Origin: Azolla caroliniana
Lineage: Eukaryota > Plantae > Polypodiophyta
Direction of reading: 5' to 3'
NCBI GenBank assembly: GCA_043228905.1
Contig: JBHGNT010000017.1
Span: 10,602,001-10,666,000 of the forward strand
Length of the DNA: 64,000 nt
Shown here: positions 60,891 to 64,000 of the stretch, one piece after another
Position numbering within the stretch: position 1 is the first letter of the stretch
Layout: every line of letters begins with the position of its first letter
The notes under the pieces: model-generated
What the model saw: only the letters and a program-made list of their open reading frames with translations
Told to the model about the DNA's origin: nothing
The model's database searches: none
Translations under genes and position numbers: made by a program

Positions 60891-63800
60891 TGTTAGGAAA
60901 CAGGTCCCTCCGGATGGGATGACCCGATGAGAACCGGATGATGAATACTCGGCTATGGAAGACCCGATGAGAACTGGATGACGAGTACCAGGCTACGGAA
61001 GACCCGGTGAGAACCGGATGACGAGAACCCGGCAAGAGCTGGATGATGATGACCCGGTGAGAACCGGATGACGAGTACCTGGCAAGAGCTGGATGATGAA
61101 GATCCGGTGAGAACCGGATGACGAGTACCCGTCTACGGAAGACCCAGTGAGAACCGGATGAGGAGTACCTGGCAAGCGCTGGATGATGCAGGGCCGGTGA
61201 GGAGTGCTCACCGGATGGAGGGACATATTCGTAAATATGTTTTCTGAGAGTCCATCGGGGCTCTATTTGTAAATAGCCGAAAAGTCATATTAGTATAAAT
61301 ATGACTTAGGGCAAACTTAGAAGGTTGTAGTTGTCATTCTTGTTGGCGTTAGATCAGTGAGCGCGTAACAATGTACAAAGAGAGAGAGAGAGGAAGAGGT
61401 CGTTGCCTCTGTTGTAACCGCTGCCTGTGGCGAATATCGTGAGCACGAGGTCGTTGCCTCCGTGAGCTCACTGATTGTAATCATTGTGATATAGTGATAG
61501 TTTGGAGTCTGTGAACTCTCGTGGTTTTTCCCTCTCAGGGTTTTCCACGTTAAACATCCTGTGTACTCTTCTCTCCTTTGTGTTGTGTGTGCACTATCCG
61601 TTTTTTTGTGTTTGATTTTAGACTCGGTTGTGGCCGAGCGTTGTTCATCGGAGCGTGTAGTTCTTGTCAAAGTGGTATCAGGGCGAAACGACACAGAAGA
61701 TGGATGAATCGTTGGGTGGCATGTTCAAGATCACCGGCTCCAACTATTCAATGTGGAAGTCGAAGATGAGGGACATGCTCGTGGTTAAAGATCTTTGGTT
61801 GCCGGTTCAGTTTGGGGACAAGAGACCGGACAAAATCGACGCCACGATATGGGAGATGATGCACATGAAGACAACGGCGTACATACGGTGCTTCATCGAC
61901 ATGAGCCTATACAACAACTTCAATGAAGAGAGAAAGGCTCATGAGCTCTGGGAGAAGATCGACATTATGTTTCAGAACAAAAATGTTGTGAACCAGGTTT
62001 CGGTATTCCGGAAGCTAGTAAGACTCCGGTACCAAGATGGCTCCAGCATGGCGGAGCACATGAATGCCTTCCAGGGGCTGATACACCAGGCAACATAATT
62101 GGAAGTACCTCTCGCCGATGAGGTACTAGCGCTACTCCTGCTTGGTTCCCTCCCGGATAGCTAGGAGACGTTGGTTGTCACTTTGGGCAACGCCGGGCCG
62201 GAAGGGAAACGGTTATCCCTAGCAAGAGTAAAGTCGAGCTTGCTAGATGAAGAGGCGCGTTGGAAAGATAAGGATACGAGCTCCGACTCCAAAGCACTCC
62301 TTACCGAATCGGAACACGGAAGACAAAGGAACCGTAGCCCCTAGAACCGAGAAAAGTCGGGGACACGGTCAAAGTCAAGGGGGAGGCCTACTTGCTTCTA
62401 TTGTGGCAAGCTGGGACACTTCTAGAAGAACTGTCAGCATTTCCGAAAAGACAAGGAAACCGACGTTACCAATTCGAAGCGGACACCGGACCGGAATGGT
62501 AAAGACCAGAGGGGGCCAAATTGGAAGGGAACGATGGCAATCACGGCAAGTGAAGAAGAGTTGATGCTCATCACCGAGGAGAGTGAGCTAAACCTTGCCG
62601 GCGACGAGACAACCTGGGTGGTCGACTCCGGAGCGTCGTTCCACCTTACCTCGGACCGGAAATGCTTCTCATCCTTCTCAGCCGGTGATCATGGCTGTTT
62701 CTGGATGGGGAATGAAGGTACATGCCGAATTGTCAGCATAGGAGACGTGTGGTTGACAACGCCAACCGGATGCAAGCTGCTGCTGAAGGATGTTCGACAC
62801 GTTCCGGAGGTTCGTCTGAACCTGATATCAGCCGGTCGGCTAGATGATGAAGGCTACACGGGTAGCATCCGGAACGGTGTTATGAAGTTTAGCAAAGGGA
62901 GCCTGATTGTGGCTCAGGCCCGGAAGGTCAACACCCTGTACCTGATGAATGCCCGGTTATGTCCGGAGGAAGTGAGCGTGGCATTCGACACTACCGGTGA
63001 GTTGTGGCACAAGAGGCTGTGTCACATGAGCGAGAAGGGGATGAAGAGGCTTGCAAACGACAACCTCATTCCAGTGAAGAACGTGCACTTGGAGAAGTGC
63101 ACTGATTGTTTGGCCGCTAAACAAAACCAGACCTCCTTCTGATCGAGGCCACCGATGAGATGTAATGCGCCACTGGAGTTGGTGCACACGGATGTGTGTC
63201 AAGTGGACACGAAGTCACATGCCAGATCGCAGTACTTCGTGACGTTCATAGAGGACCACAGTCGGAAGTTGTGGGCCACACCGTTGAAGACGAAGGATCA
63301 GGTGTTATCCGTCTTCAAAGAGCTCCACGCGAGAGTGGAAAGAGAAATCGGCCGGAAGCTGAAGGCGGTTCGAGTAGATAACGGAGGGGAATACCGGGGG
63401 CAGTTCGAGGAGTACTGTCACTTGAAGGGAATCCAGCTCGAATTTACCGTGCCGAAGACGCCGGAACTAAACGGGCTGGCAGAGAGGATGAACCGGACCA
63501 TAATGGAGAGGGTCCGGAGTATGCTGGCGCATGCAAAACTACCCAAGAAGTTTTGGGCTGAGGCACTGTAGATGGCGACATATGTGATAAACAGATCAAC
63601 CTCAGTACCCTTGGATGGAGACACACCACTGAGAGTCTGGACTGGTAAGGAAGTGTCCTACCGGCATCTGAAGGTGTTTGGGTGTTTTGCGTATGTGCAT
63701 GTAGCTAAGGACCGGAGAGGAAAACTAGATCCGAAGACCGGCCATGCATATTCCTCGGTTACGGCGACGATGAGTTTGGCTACCAAGTGTGGGACCAGGT

Positions 63801-64000
63801 CGACAAGAAGGTATTCCGGAGTTGAGATATTATCTTCATGGACGACAAGACGCTCACCGACTGGGAGTCGGAGAAGAAGATAATGAACTCCGAGTCGACC
63901 GGTAAGGATCGATTCTACGATGAGTAGACCCAACCGGCAAGAGACCGGTTAGCACTCAAGGAACCAGCCGGTTACGGTGAGGATACCGAACCGGCAGAAG
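60891..64000 (+). mobile_element. Tork-like Copia, 5' part (runs off the window), degenerate
   Basis: LTR 60891-61669 with GAACCGGATGA repeats; PBS TGGTATCAGGGC at 61673. gag-PR-INT with several in-frame stops. Confidence 0.92.

Overview
Eukaryotic land-plant genomic DNA; the TE clades suggest a seed-free plant such as a fern or bryophyte (inference only). One host gene, a 9-exon equilibrative nucleoside transporter (ENT3-like, + strand, 32729-38699), sits in an AT-rich island of about 10 kb between two deeply nested LTR-retrotransposon clusters. Left cluster: a LINE remnant, a chromovirus, a Copia inside its 5' LTR, a tRNA-Trp-primed non-chromovirus Gypsy inside that Copia, solo LTRs, and a Tnt1/Tork-like Copia carrying Gypsy insertions in both LTRs. 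Right cluster: a chain of five elements each nested in the previous one, plus side insertions including an intact Copia (49766-55070) with apparently identical LTRs. Most notable observations: (1) a Gypsy clade with TGTC...GACA LTRs makes 4-bp target duplications centred on CpG and hit the same nucleotide in both LTRs of one Copia; it has a gag-only dependent and antisense tRNA-like A/B-box modules in its LTRs; (2) a 56-nt-period array of conserved hairpins with variable spacers in a chromovirus leader; (3) the intact Copia looks like a capsid-swap recombinant. All coordinates were read by eye and may be off by a few bases; no database searches were run.
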